Part shown: positions 1 to 9,812 of the stretch, one piece after another
Layout of the letters: every line of letters begins with the position of its first letter
How positions within the stretch are numbered: the first letter of the stretch is position 1
NCBI GenBank assembly: GCA_963785725.1
Contig: CAWAWS010000024.1
Span: forward strand, 32,001 to 96,000
Source of the DNA: an uncultured delta proteobacterium
Lineage (GTDB): Bacteria; Myxococcota_A; Polyangia; Palsa-1104
Direction: 5' to 3'
Length of the DNA: 64,000 bases
Notes under the pieces: model-generated
The model's database searches: none
What the model was told of the DNA's origin: nothing
What the model saw: the letters and a program-made list of their open reading frames with translations, nothing else
Translations under genes and position numbers: made by a program

Positions 1-1089
<1,089 letters not shown>

Positions 1090-1117
1090 TTCCGGCCGCC
1101 GCGGTCGCGGCTTCGGC

Positions 1118-1649
1118 TCAGCCGCCCGGCCGCGGTCGTAGCGGAGCCGGCCGCACCACACAGCGGGCAGCTCTTCGTCAGCTCGGTGACCGTTCCGCAG
1201 TCGCGACAATCGGCTCTGTAGCCGTGAAATCCCGGCTCGTGCAGCTCGGTCGAGGTCCGCGCCTTCTCGGCGCGCTTGCCCTCGTGCAGCACCCGCGCCG
1301 GCACCAGCGCCGTATAACGCACCTCCTCGCCGTCGCAGCGCGCGCACGTCGCCGGCACCGGCCAGCGATTCTCGGTCGCCAAGATCGTCGCCAGCTGGTC
1401 GGGCGCGTTGCAGCGCGGGCAGACGTCGGCGTGCCACAGCGCGGCTTTGCAGTCGGCGCAGGCGATGTCGAACACGCCGTCGACGAAGCGCTCGCCGTCG
1501 TACATCCAGGTCAGCGCGCCCACCGGCTCGCCGCCGAGCAGCGGCAAGCGCCCATCGACGTAGGTGCGAAACAGCAGCCGATGCGAGCCACACGCCGTGC
1601 AGCCGCGATCGACCGCCGCGTCCAGCCCCGGCTCATCCAACATGCCCAT
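1118..1649 (-). CDS. Multi-zinc-finger hypothetical protein (six CxxC pairs); probable +1 error near 1147
   Basis: CTAC, CADC, CPRC, CARC, CRDC, CPLC. Removing one base near 1147 gives ...CPLCGAAGPLRPRPGG* ending at 1118 and removes a 400-nt overlap with the kinase. Confidence 0.75.
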
Positions 1650-1664
1650 GCGCGAGAGCCTACG

Positions 1665-2249
1665 TCATTCTTGGGCGGAGGTAATGCGCGCTTCGATGCG
1701 CCGGTCGGGCACGAGCCACATCAGCGCCACGCCCACGTAGATCGCCGCCGCGATCCACGGACGCACGAACGCCAGCGGAATCGCCGCCAGGTACGCAACC
1801 GCCGAGGCGCGCCCTTTGAAGTCGTTGCCAATCGCCGCCGCCAGCGGCGAATCCGGCCCTTGATGGGCGACGATGAGGTTCTGCAGGATCACGTAGGCGA
1901 CGCCCGCGAACAGCAGCACCATGCCGTAAAACGCCGTCGGCAACGACGCCAAATGCGTCTCGCCGATCCAGCCGGTCGCGAACGGCACCAGCGACAGCCA
2001 AAAGAGCAGATGCAGATTGGCCCACAAGATCTTGCCGTTGATCTGCCTGGTCATATGCAGCATGTGATGATGGTTGTTCCAGTAAATCCCCACGAACACG
2101 AACGACAACACGTAGGCGCAGAACGTCGGCGCCAGCGCGCGCAGCGACGGCAAGTCCTCGCCGTGCGGCAGCTTCAGCTCGAGCACGAGGATGGTGATGA
2201 GGATCGCCAGCACGCCGTCGCTGAACGCCTCGAGCCGCCCCTTGCTCAT
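1665..2249 (-). CDS. TMEM175 family (DUF1211) potassium channel
   Basis: MSKGRLEAFSDGVLAILITILVLEL and YWNNHHH signature; 6 TM segments; ATGA overlap with the upstream gene's stop. Confidence 0.93.
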   Translation of the reverse strand: MSKGRLEAFSDGVLAILITILVLELKLPHGEDLPSLRALAPTFCAYVLSFVFVGIYWNNHHHMLHMTRQINGKILWANLHLLFWLSLVPFATGWIGETHLASLPTAFYGMVLLFAGVAYVILQNLIVAHQGPDSPLAAAIGNDFKGRASAVAYLAAIPLAFVRPWIAAAIYVGVALMWLVPDRRIEARITSAQE

Positions 2250-2998
2250 GACGGTCGGCGGCGACGCGCGAACAGGAGCAGGAGCGCGCCGGAGAACAGC
2301 GCCGCGCCCGCCGACGAAGCCGCGCCCGCGACGACGCTGCAGCCGCTCGCATGCTTGGCCGGCGTCGCCGTCGTGCCGCCGCCGCCGGCGCCACCGCCGC
2401 CGTCGACGGTCACGGCCGTCGACTGAATCGAGATGTCGGCGCAGTGGTGATAGTAGCAGCCGCCCGGATTGTTCAGCGGATGCTGCCCCATGAACTCGAG
2501 CACCTGCAGCGTGCACTTGTCGCAGGTGACGTTGTCCGGCAGCTTCAGCTGAATCGTCTGCGGCTCGGTGAACGGCTGATCGTGCTCGAAGATGCCGTCG
2601 GCGAGCACGGGAAACACCGCCGGGGACTGGATCGGCACGCTGCCGCAGGGCGACATGTCGTCCGGCGTCACCGTCGGCTCGGGCGGCAGGTCACTGCGAT
2701 TCGTCGCCAGCGCGATCCGATAGTGCCCGGGGTGAAAGATGATCTCGTTGATCGTGATCGTGATCGTCTGTCCCGTTTGAAACGCCGTCACCGTTCCCGT
2801 CGGTGTGCCCGGCGTCTCGTCGCCGCAAGGGCCGAGCTTCTCCGGCAGCCCGAGCGAATCCTGCGACATCCAACAGGCCGGCTCCTGCAGGTTGAAGTGC
2901 GCGTCGGCGTCGCCGGCGAACAGCCCGACCGCGACGAAGACGGCCGCGCCGGCGCCGAACCGATGACGCGGCAGATGACCCGAGCGAGCGACAGCCAT
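2246..2998 (-). CDS. SCE4755-type polysaccharide-monooxygenase-like (His-brace) secreted protein with MYXO-CTERM-like tail
   Basis: GGAGG RBS; signal peptide ending ADA|H; motifs PCG, HPGHYRIAL, CDKCTLQV, YYHHCADI; C-terminal GCS + hydrophobic stretch + RRRR. Confidence 0.85.
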   Translation of the reverse strand: MAVARSGHLPRHRFGAGAAVFVAVGLFAGDADAHFNLQEPACWMSQDSLGLPEKLGPCGDETPGTPTGTVTAFQTGQTITITINEIIFHPGHYRIALATNRSDLPPEPTVTPDDMSPCGSVPIQSPAVFPVLADGIFEHDQPFTEPQTIQLKLPDNVTCDKCTLQVLEFMGQHPLNNPGGCYYHHCADISIQSTAVTVDGGGGAGGGGTTATPAKHASGCSVVAGAASSAGAALFSGALLLLFARRRRPS

Positions 2999-3126
2999 GA
3001 TGAACCTCCGTCGCCAGCTTACACCGCCGGGGCCGCGTCGTTCGCGCGGAAGTCGCCGCGCACATCGCCACGAAAGCTGTAACGAAATGCCGGCGCCCAC
3101 ATCCAAGCCGGCCGGCGACGACGCCG

Positions 3127-4623
3127 CTACGGCTTGGGGACGCGAATGGCGCGCTTGCGGATCGTCTTGTGCCGGTGCCGCGCGTGCAGGTCGATCTCCA
3201 GGCTCGCGTCCTCGTCCGGCTGCAGCACGAACTGCTCGGTCACGCCGCGCGCGCCCAGCTCGACCGCCAGCACGTGCACGGCGCCGGCGTCGATGCCGAC
3301 GAGGCGCGTCGGGCTGCGCTCGGGAAGCTCGTGTCCGTCGAGCCGCAGCGTCGCGCCGCCGGGCACGCTGACGACCTCGAGCGTGCCCTTCGGCCGCGGC
3401 GCCGGCGCCGGCGGCACCGGCGCGACCGTCGCCGCGCGCGTGGCCGGCTCGGGCGTGACGTGCGCCGGCTCGGTCGGCCGCGTCGTGACCGTCGCCGTCG
3501 TCGCCGTCGCCGCATGGCGCAGATGCCGCAACACGCCCGCCGTCGCGCCCGCCGTGATGGCGACGAGCGCCAGCGCCGCCGCCGTGCGCCACGTCAGGGT
3601 CGTGCGCGCCGCCAGCGGCGGCTGCGGCAGCCACGCCGGCAAGCGCGTGTCGAGCGGGCCGCTGTTGTGACCGACGGCGACCGGCGACGTCAGCGGTCGC
3701 GCCACGGCCAACGCCGTGCGGCCGCGCTCGATGCGCGTGACCTCGACGCCGTCCCAGCCGCTCGAGCCGACGAGCGCGCGCACCCACGCCGCCAACGCCA
3801 TCGCCGACGACGACGCCAGCCCTTCGTGCGCCAGCGCCTCCAGCGCCGATTGCAGCGCCCGCGCCGTCGGAAAACGTCGCCCCGACTCGCGATCGAGCGC
3901 GCGCAACACGATCGCCTCCAGCCGCGTGTCGAAGCCGCCGGCCAGCGTCGACGGCGGCGCCGGCGCGGCCTCCGAATGCAGTCGCCGTCCGACGGTCAGC
4001 TCGTAGACGAGCGCGCCCAACGCGAACACGTCGCTGCGCCGATCGAACGTCTCGCCCCGCCGCTGCTCGGGGCTGAAGTAGACGAGCCGCTCCACCGACG
4101 TCGCCGCCGGCCCGAGCTGCAGCATGATGTTTCCGTCGTGACCGATGCGCACGCGCGACGGCGCGACATGGCCGTGCACGAGCGTCCGACCGCTGCCGGC
4201 GCGACTCTCGTGAATATGGTGCAGCGCCGCCGCCAGCGCGATCGCCAGCTGCAGCGCGTGCGCCACCGGCATCCGCTGCCCGCGCTCGACGAGCTTGGCC
4301 AACACCGCGCTCAGCTCCTCGCCCGGCCGCTGCGCGACGGCGATCCACGCCGGCTCGCTTGTCGGCGAGACCGCGACGATCGGCGTCAGATGCGCGTGTC
4401 TGAGCGGCGCCAACGTGCGCGCGTCCTCGAGCAGCCGTCCCAGCGCCGCGCGATCGGGCGTCGGCGCCAGCCGCTCGACGAGCGCGAGCTCGCCCGGCGC
4501 CGCCCGGCCGAGCCAGCGTTCGGCCACGTCGCCGACCTCGAGCCGCTCGATGAGCTCGTAACGTCCCAGGCGCTGCCCCAGGACGAACGGCGCGCGATGT
4601 CGTCCCCCCTCGATGGAACGCAC
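3127..4623 (-). CDS. Pseudokinase (degenerate Ser/Thr kinase) with TM helix and PEGA domain
   Basis: Kinase scaffold (LGRYELIERL, YFSPEQ, RSDVFALG) but no Gly loop, no VAIK Lys, HRD->HGH and no DFG; C-terminal GTLEVVSVPGGATLRLDG PEGA motif. GTG start is inferred. Confidence 0.8.
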   Translation of the reverse strand: MRSIEGGRHRAPFVLGQRLGRYELIERLEVGDVAERWLGRAAPGELALVERLAPTPDRAALGRLLEDARTLAPLRHAHLTPIVAVSPTSEPAWIAVAQRPGEELSAVLAKLVERGQRMPVAHALQLAIALAAALHHIHESRAGSGRTLVHGHVAPSRVRIGHDGNIMLQLGPAATSVERLVYFSPEQRRGETFDRRSDVFALGALVYELTVGRRLHSEAAPAPPSTLAGGFDTRLEAIVLRALDRESGRRFPTARALQSALEALAHEGLASSSAMALAAWVRALVGSSGWDGVEVTRIERGRTALAVARPLTSPVAVGHNSGPLDTRLPAWLPQPPLAARTTLTWRTAAALALVAITAGATAGVLRHLRHAATATTATVTTRPTEPAHVTPEPATRAATVAPVPPAPAPRPKGTLEVVSVPGGATLRLDGHELPERSPTRLVGIDAGAVHVLAVELGARGVTEQFVLQPDEDASLEIDLHARHRHKTIRKRAIRVPKP

Positions 4624-4791
4624 GATAGCGACGGCGCCGCCCGCGCGGCACCAAACTAGTTGGAGAGCGCGGCAAGGAAGTTTGCGCCCTGTATTTTCGC
4701 AGGCCACATGGGAGCGCCACGCGCAATCGCGGTCGCCACCTCGCGAAGCCACAAGGACGCGCGAAACCCGTGCGGCACAACGAGCAACGAG

Positions 4792-4807
4792 CGGCACGAC
4801 GAGTGCA
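4792..4807 (+). promoter_or_regulatory. Putative sigma-54 -24/-12 promoter
   Basis: CGGCACGACGAGTGCA = GG-N10-GC, about 28 nt upstream of ATG 4835, with a GGGAGG RBS between. Confidence 0.6.
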
Positions 4808-4834
4808 CAAAGCAGCTCACACAGGGAGGCAACG

Positions 4835-5599
4835 ATGCAGGACAACGGCGGCGTGCAGAAGGTTCAGCTCAAACTGGGTGAGATCGTCTCCTCTGCATCA
4901 CAAACGTTCTCGGAAAACTGGAAGCCGCTCGTCCTCTCACAGCTCGTGCTGATGGGCTGCATCTTCATCCCCATTCTCGTCTGCGGCATCCTCGTCGGCG
5001 GCACGGCGCTGCTCACGCACGGCGCGCACAACAACTTGCTCGCCGGTGTCGGCATAACGGCCGGTGTCGGCACGGCGGCCGGCGTCGTCGTTTTGTTGAC
5101 GATGATCGGCCCAGCCAGCTTCCGCATGGTCGTGGCCGCTGCCCGCGGCGGAAAGCCGCAGATGTCCGACCTCTTCAGCCGACCGTTCCAGCGCGCCGGC
5201 ACCCTCGTCGCGTCGAGTCTGCTCGTGGGCATCGCGATCTGCTGCGGCAGCATCCTGTTCTTGATTCCCGGCCTCATGGCGGCGACGGGCTTTTCGATGG
5301 CGCACTACTTCATCATCGAGGACGACGAGATCGGTGTCGTGGATTCGATGAAGGCGAGCTGGACCTTGATGTACGGCTACAAGCGCAGGTACTTCAACGT
5401 CATGGCGCTGTTCGGGCTGTCGAGCATGTTCATCAACCTGATCCTGCAGTCGATTCCGTTCCTCTTCCCGGTGGCGCTGTCGTTCCAGCTCTTGTCGACG
5501 CTGTTCGGCTGGCTGATGGTCGCGACCATCTACGCGCGGCTGCGCCCGATGCCGGCGCCGTTGTCGCAGCAGCAGCCCGTCTTGAGCGCGTCCGCGTAA
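4835..5599 (+). CDS. Integral membrane protein (DUF975/YciC-like)
   Basis: GGGAGG RBS; about 5-6 TM segments; LFLIPG and 'SMKASWTLMYGYK' motifs typical of this family. Confidence 0.75.
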   Translation: MQDNGGVQKVQLKLGEIVSSASQTFSENWKPLVLSQLVLMGCIFIPILVCGILVGGTALLTHGAHNNLLAGVGITAGVGTAAGVVVLLTMIGPASFRMVVAAARGGKPQMSDLFSRPFQRAGTLVASSLLVGIAICCGSILFLIPGLMAATGFSMAHYFIIEDDEIGVVDSMKASWTLMYGYKRRYFNVMALFGLSSMFINLILQSIPFLFPVALSFQLLSTLFGWLMVATIYARLRPMPAPLSQQQPVLSASA

Positions 5600-5605
5600 T
5601 CCTCG

Positions 5606-6847
5606 CTATTCGTAGCGCAGCGCCTCGACCGGATCGAGCCGCGCCGCCCGCCAGGCCGGAAACAGGCCGAACACGATCCCCGTCGTAATCGACAGCGCCA
5701 GGCCGAGCCCGATCGACCACCACTCGACGTGCATCGTCCAGCTGCCCAGCATCTTCGTCAGCACGAACGCGATCAGCGACGCCATCGCCACGCCGCCGAG
5801 CACGCCGATGATGCCACCCGTCAACGCGATCAGCGCCGACTCCAGCAGAAACTGCACGAGGATCGACGTCGGATTGGCGCCGATCGCGCGGCGCACGCCT
5901 ATCTCGCGCGTCCGCTCGGTCACCGTCACCAGCATGATGTTCATGATGTTGATGCCGCCGACGAAGAGCGACAACAAGCCGGTCCCGAGCAGCAGCACCT
6001 TGATGACGCTGACGATGACCTCGAACTGCTGCGCGTCCTGGCTCGAGCGATCGATCTTGAAGTTCTCGACGCCGTAATGGCGCCGCGACACGGTGGCCTC
6101 GATGGCTTTGCGCGCGATGTCCAGGCGCGCCGGCAGCGGCATCTCGCTATCGCCGATGCGCACGAAGATCGAATCGACGCTGTGCGCGCTGTCGAACACG
6201 GCGTCGAACGTCGAGCGCGGCACGAGCACCTTCGAGTTCCACATCCACGGCCCGTCGCCGCCGCCGAGGCCCGGCTTGGGCACGAGCACGCCGACGACGG
6301 TCCACTGCGACTTATCGGCGGTCAACGCCTTGCCCAGCGCGTCGCCGTCGGGGAACAGCTCGCGCGCGACGTTGGCGCCGATGACGCAGACGCGATCGCC
6401 GCGGGTCACGTCGTCAGCGCTGATGAAGCGGCCCTTGTCGATGCCGAGCCGATGCAGCGACATGGCGACGGGCTCGACGCCGGTCAACGCGATGCGCTTC
6501 TTCTCCTTGCCGTAATAAACGCGCGTCCAGCGGTCCTTCTCGCTCGTGACGTGTGCGCCCGGCAAGACCGGCGAGCCGTCGAGCACCTGGCTGTCGGCGC
6601 GCCCCAGCTCGCGCCGCGTCTTTTGCGCCTGCTTGACCGGCGCCTCGTCGGCATCGACCTGCACGACGTCGTTGCCGGTCGCGTCTTGATCGCTGTTCAA
6701 GAGCGCCTCTTCGCCGCCCGTCAACAGCGACGCCAAGAGCACGATCGAGCCGGTGCCGATCATGATGCCGAGCAGCGTCAAGAGCGTGCGCCCGACGTTC
6801 GACGTCAGCGTGTGGCGCACCGAGCGCACTTGGTCGACGAGCCGCAT
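5606..6847 (-). CDS. MacB/FtsX-type ABC transporter permease
   Basis: RTLLTLLGIMIG, GGINIMNIMLVTVTERTREIGVRRAIGA, PAWRAARLDPVEALRYE. Confidence 0.95.
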   Translation of the reverse strand: MRLVDQVRSVRHTLTSNVGRTLLTLLGIMIGTGSIVLLASLLTGGEEALLNSDQDATGNDVVQVDADEAPVKQAQKTRRELGRADSQVLDGSPVLPGAHVTSEKDRWTRVYYGKEKKRIALTGVEPVAMSLHRLGIDKGRFISADDVTRGDRVCVIGANVARELFPDGDALGKALTADKSQWTVVGVLVPKPGLGGGDGPWMWNSKVLVPRSTFDAVFDSAHSVDSIFVRIGDSEMPLPARLDIARKAIEATVSRRHYGVENFKIDRSSQDAQQFEVIVSVIKVLLLGTGLLSLFVGGINIMNIMLVTVTERTREIGVRRAIGANPTSILVQFLLESALIALTGGIIGVLGGVAMASLIAFVLTKMLGSWTMHVEWWSIGLGLALSITTGIVFGLFPAWRAARLDPVEALRYE

Positions 6848-8079
6848 CAGTTCCCTCGTATCGCGGTGATGGCGTCGAGCTTGGACGCACGCCGCGCCGG
6901 AAAGTAGCCGAACAAGAGACCGATGCCGACCGACACCGCGAGCGCGATGATGACGCTCTCGTCGGCGACCACGGTGACCCAGCGCGGCTTGAAGTGGCGA
7001 ATGAGCGTCGACGCGGCGATGGCGGCCGCGACGCCGCTGCCGGCGCCGATGAGCCCGCCCGTGCCCGATAAGACCATCGCTTCGAGCAGGAACTGGCGGC
7101 CGATGTCGCTCGGATTGGCGCCGATGGCCTTGCGGATGCCGATCTCGCGCACGCGCTCCGAGACGCTGACGAGCATCATGTTCATGACGCCGACGCCACC
7201 GACGAGCAGCGCGATGCCGGCGATGAAGCCGACGATGATCGACATGATGCGGAAAAAGCCGGTGAACTGATTCATGATCCCGGAGAAGTCGAAGATCTGG
7301 AAGTCGTCGACGCCGTGATGGCGCTCCGTCAGGATGACGTTGGCGACGCGCTTGACGATCTCGTTCGACTGCTGCACATCGCTCTTGAGCTGCAGATGCG
7401 CCGACGGCCTCACTTTGGGATCGACGTCGGCCATCGTCTCGAACGGCGCCACCAAATAGTCGAGGCGATCGAGGCCGAAGAAGTTGCCGAGGAACTCGCG
7501 GCTGTTCGACTGTCCGACGACGCGGCAGCGCAAGCCGCCCACTTGCAGCGTGTGACCGACCGCGTCGCCGTCCCACAAACGCAGCGCCGTCTTGTGGCCG
7601 ATGACGCACACTTTTTGATGGCGCATGTTCTCTTCGTCGCTGAAGAAGCGCCCTTTGCCGACGGCGAGCCCCATGTTGTCGAACCAGTCGCCGTCGCCGG
7701 CGAAGACGTCGATGCGGCCGAGCTGCCCGTTGTCGGCGATGACGTCCTTGCGCCCGAGCCGCGAGTACATCGTGTGGCCTTCGAGATGCGGCACCGTCTC
7801 GAACAGCGCGTCGCGATCTTGGCGCGTCAGACCGCGCGTGTAGCTCGACGCCTTGCCCTCTTCGCGCTCGGCCTCTTTGGGAAAGACCGCCAACAGCCGC
7901 GCGCCGCCGAGCTCCTCGAGGTCGCGCAAGAGCGTCGTCGAGCCCGACTGCGCCAGCGACGACATGAGCACGATCGAGAACGCGCCCACGGTGATGCTGA
8001 GCACCGTCAACAGCGAGCGAAACTTGTGCGCGACGAGGACTTTGCGCGCGATGTTGACGTACTCGAGCCACATGGCCAT
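6847..8079 (-). CDS. MacB/FtsX-type ABC transporter permease
   Basis: RSLLTVLSITVG, GGVGVMNMMLVSVSERVREIGIRKAIGA, PARRASKLDAITAIR; stop overlaps the next start. Confidence 0.95.
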   Translation of the reverse strand: MAMWLEYVNIARKVLVAHKFRSLLTVLSITVGAFSIVLMSSLAQSGSTTLLRDLEELGGARLLAVFPKEAEREEGKASSYTRGLTRQDRDALFETVPHLEGHTMYSRLGRKDVIADNGQLGRIDVFAGDGDWFDNMGLAVGKGRFFSDEENMRHQKVCVIGHKTALRLWDGDAVGHTLQVGGLRCRVVGQSNSREFLGNFFGLDRLDYLVAPFETMADVDPKVRPSAHLQLKSDVQQSNEIVKRVANVILTERHHGVDDFQIFDFSGIMNQFTGFFRIMSIIVGFIAGIALLVGGVGVMNMMLVSVSERVREIGIRKAIGANPSDIGRQFLLEAMVLSGTGGLIGAGSGVAAAIAASTLIRHFKPRWVTVVADESVIIALAVSVGIGLLFGYFPARRASKLDAITAIRGN

Positions 8080-8325
8080 TACCACGCGCGCACGGGTTCC
8101 TCGAAGCTGCAGTCGCTTGCAACGGGCGAGATCGGCGATCGGGGCGAGACGGGCAGGAAGATCATGGCGCCTCTGTATAATGTCCGCTGCGAAGGGAAAG
8201 TTTCCCCTGCCGCAACGGAAAGCGCCATCGAGGTATTCCCGCGGCCGCCCGATCGTGTCGAGCGGCCGCGGAATTTATCGCGTCAAGACTGCGTGCGCAG
8301 GCTGGCGAGCCGCGGAATCAGTCGC

Positions 8326-9129
8326 TTATTGGCCGGCGCAGTAGCCGGCGCCGTTCGCCTGGTTGGCGAAGGCGTTGCACGCCAACGTCACAGCGCCCAT
8401 GTCGGTGCCGGGCGCCGTCGGGCAGGCCGTGGCCGTGCTGCAGTTCGGCAAGCACCAGTAAATGCCCTGCTGGCCCGTGCTGTCGCACTCGAGGCCGGTG
8501 GCGCAGTCGCTGTCCTGCTGGCAGGCGGTGAACTCGGCGCCGGTACCGGTCAGCTTGCACACGAAGAAGCCGTTCTCGGTCGCCTGCGTGGTGCTGATGT
8601 CGTCGACGGCGGTGCTGCAGTCGGTGCCCGTCGCGCAGTCGGTGCCGCCGGGCGTGCAGGTCGGCAAGCAGACGCCGTACTTCGACGTGAAGCCGGCGCA
8701 GGACTGGCCGCTCGTCGTGCAGGTCGAATCGGCCGTGCAGACCTTGCGGCACAAAGGCATGCCACCGACGGTGTCGTCGCAAATGAAGCCGGCGAGGCAG
8801 TTGTCCTGATTCGTCGTCATGTCGACGGTGCAGGCTTGGCCTTCGGCGACCGTGCCGTTGGCGACGCAGGTGCCGCCGCCTTTGCCGGGCACGCACTTGT
8901 CGCCCGTCGGGCAGCCTGTCTGGTTGGGCACGCTACAAGCCGGCATCTTCATGTCGGCGCCGGCGCCGCCGTCGCTGCTGCCGCTGCCGCCGCCGGCGCC
9001 GCCGACGCTCATGTCGGCGCCGCTCGACGAGCCGCCGCCGCCGCCCGAGCCGTTACCGCCGGTGCCACCCTTGTTCGAACCGCCGCAGCCAACGCTCAGA
9101 ACGAGTAGAAAGGAAAGTGTGAATCGCAT
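8326..9129 (-). CDS. Cys-rich secreted lipoprotein
   Basis: Lipobox LSVGC, Gly/Ser linker, then about 24 regularly spaced Cys; GGAGG RBS. Confidence 0.85.
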   Translation of the reverse strand: MRFTLSFLLVLSVGCGGSNKGGTGGNGSGGGGGSSSGADMSVGGAGGGSGSSDGGAGADMKMPACSVPNQTGCPTGDKCVPGKGGGTCVANGTVAEGQACTVDMTTNQDNCLAGFICDDTVGGMPLCRKVCTADSTCTTSGQSCAGFTSKYGVCLPTCTPGGTDCATGTDCSTAVDDISTTQATENGFFVCKLTGTGAEFTACQQDSDCATGLECDSTGQQGIYWCLPNCSTATACPTAPGTDMGAVTLACNAFANQANGAGYCAGQ

Positions 9130-9338
9130 GTGCGCCTCCGTTGAGAAAGCGCATCTGTAAGCCCGTCGGAAACGCTAGCGCAACGAGACAATGCTTTGCA
9201 CACGAGCGGAAGCAACGGATATTTAAGGTTAATCGCGGGCGGTATGGGTGGCGCCGGGACATCTTCGGCGCGACTGGGCAGGGTTACTTCCGGACTGTTC
9301 GTTTCGGCGACAGCGCTGCCGGTGAATCGGACAGTGCT

Positions 9339-9593
9339 TCAGCGGACCAACGGCTCCGGCAGCATCTCGTAGAGCGCGCCGTTGAGCCGGTGGAAGTAGT
9401 CCGACAGCCGCTGCAGGACGTCGCGGTCGACCGCGTCGCGCGCCTCCGCTTCGGCGCCGCGCAGCTCGGCACCGACGGACTGGACGGCGTCGAGCGCGCT
9501 GGCGATGACGAGCGGGCTGCGATCCTCGACCACCAGGCCGAGCAGCGCTTTGACGTGACGAATGCCGGCTTCGAGAGTCTCCAAGTCACTCAT
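9339..9593 (-). CDS. Small helical hypothetical protein (84 aa)
   Basis: Normal amino-acid composition (MSDLETLEAGIRHVKALLGLVV...); preceded by a sigma-54 motif. Confidence 0.6.
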   Translation of the reverse strand: MSDLETLEAGIRHVKALLGLVVEDRSPLVIASALDAVQSVGAELRGAEAEARDAVDRDVLQRLSDYFHRLNGALYEMLPEPLVR

Positions 9594-9606
9594 GCCTCGA
9601 ACAATG

Positions 9607-9622
9607 AGCAAGCGTCGGGCCA
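9607..9622 (-). promoter_or_regulatory. Putative sigma-54 -24/-12 promoter
   Basis: Minus strand TGGCCCGACGCTTGCT matches TGGCAC-N5-TTGCW spacing. Confidence 0.65.
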
Positions 9623-9812
9623 CTTGCATCGACGCGCCAAAGCCCTAGTCGCGCGCAAAAACGGGGCGGCGCGCGCGCCGGCAGCGACGCGAAATCGACC
9701 ACACGACAGCGTGCGCTGCGAACGCCAGAATTTCGACGAGCGCCAACGCGATGTGGGCGAGCGGACGATGACCGCGGGTGAGGACGAAACGAAATGACGC
9801 GCGCGCGAGCGG

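Noticed and set aside
2246..4810. 854-aa fusion ORF ending in the LPMO-like domain
   Set aside because: The N-terminal 600 aa are an off-frame shadow of the pseudokinase; the real start at 2998 has a GGAGG RBS and a signal peptide.
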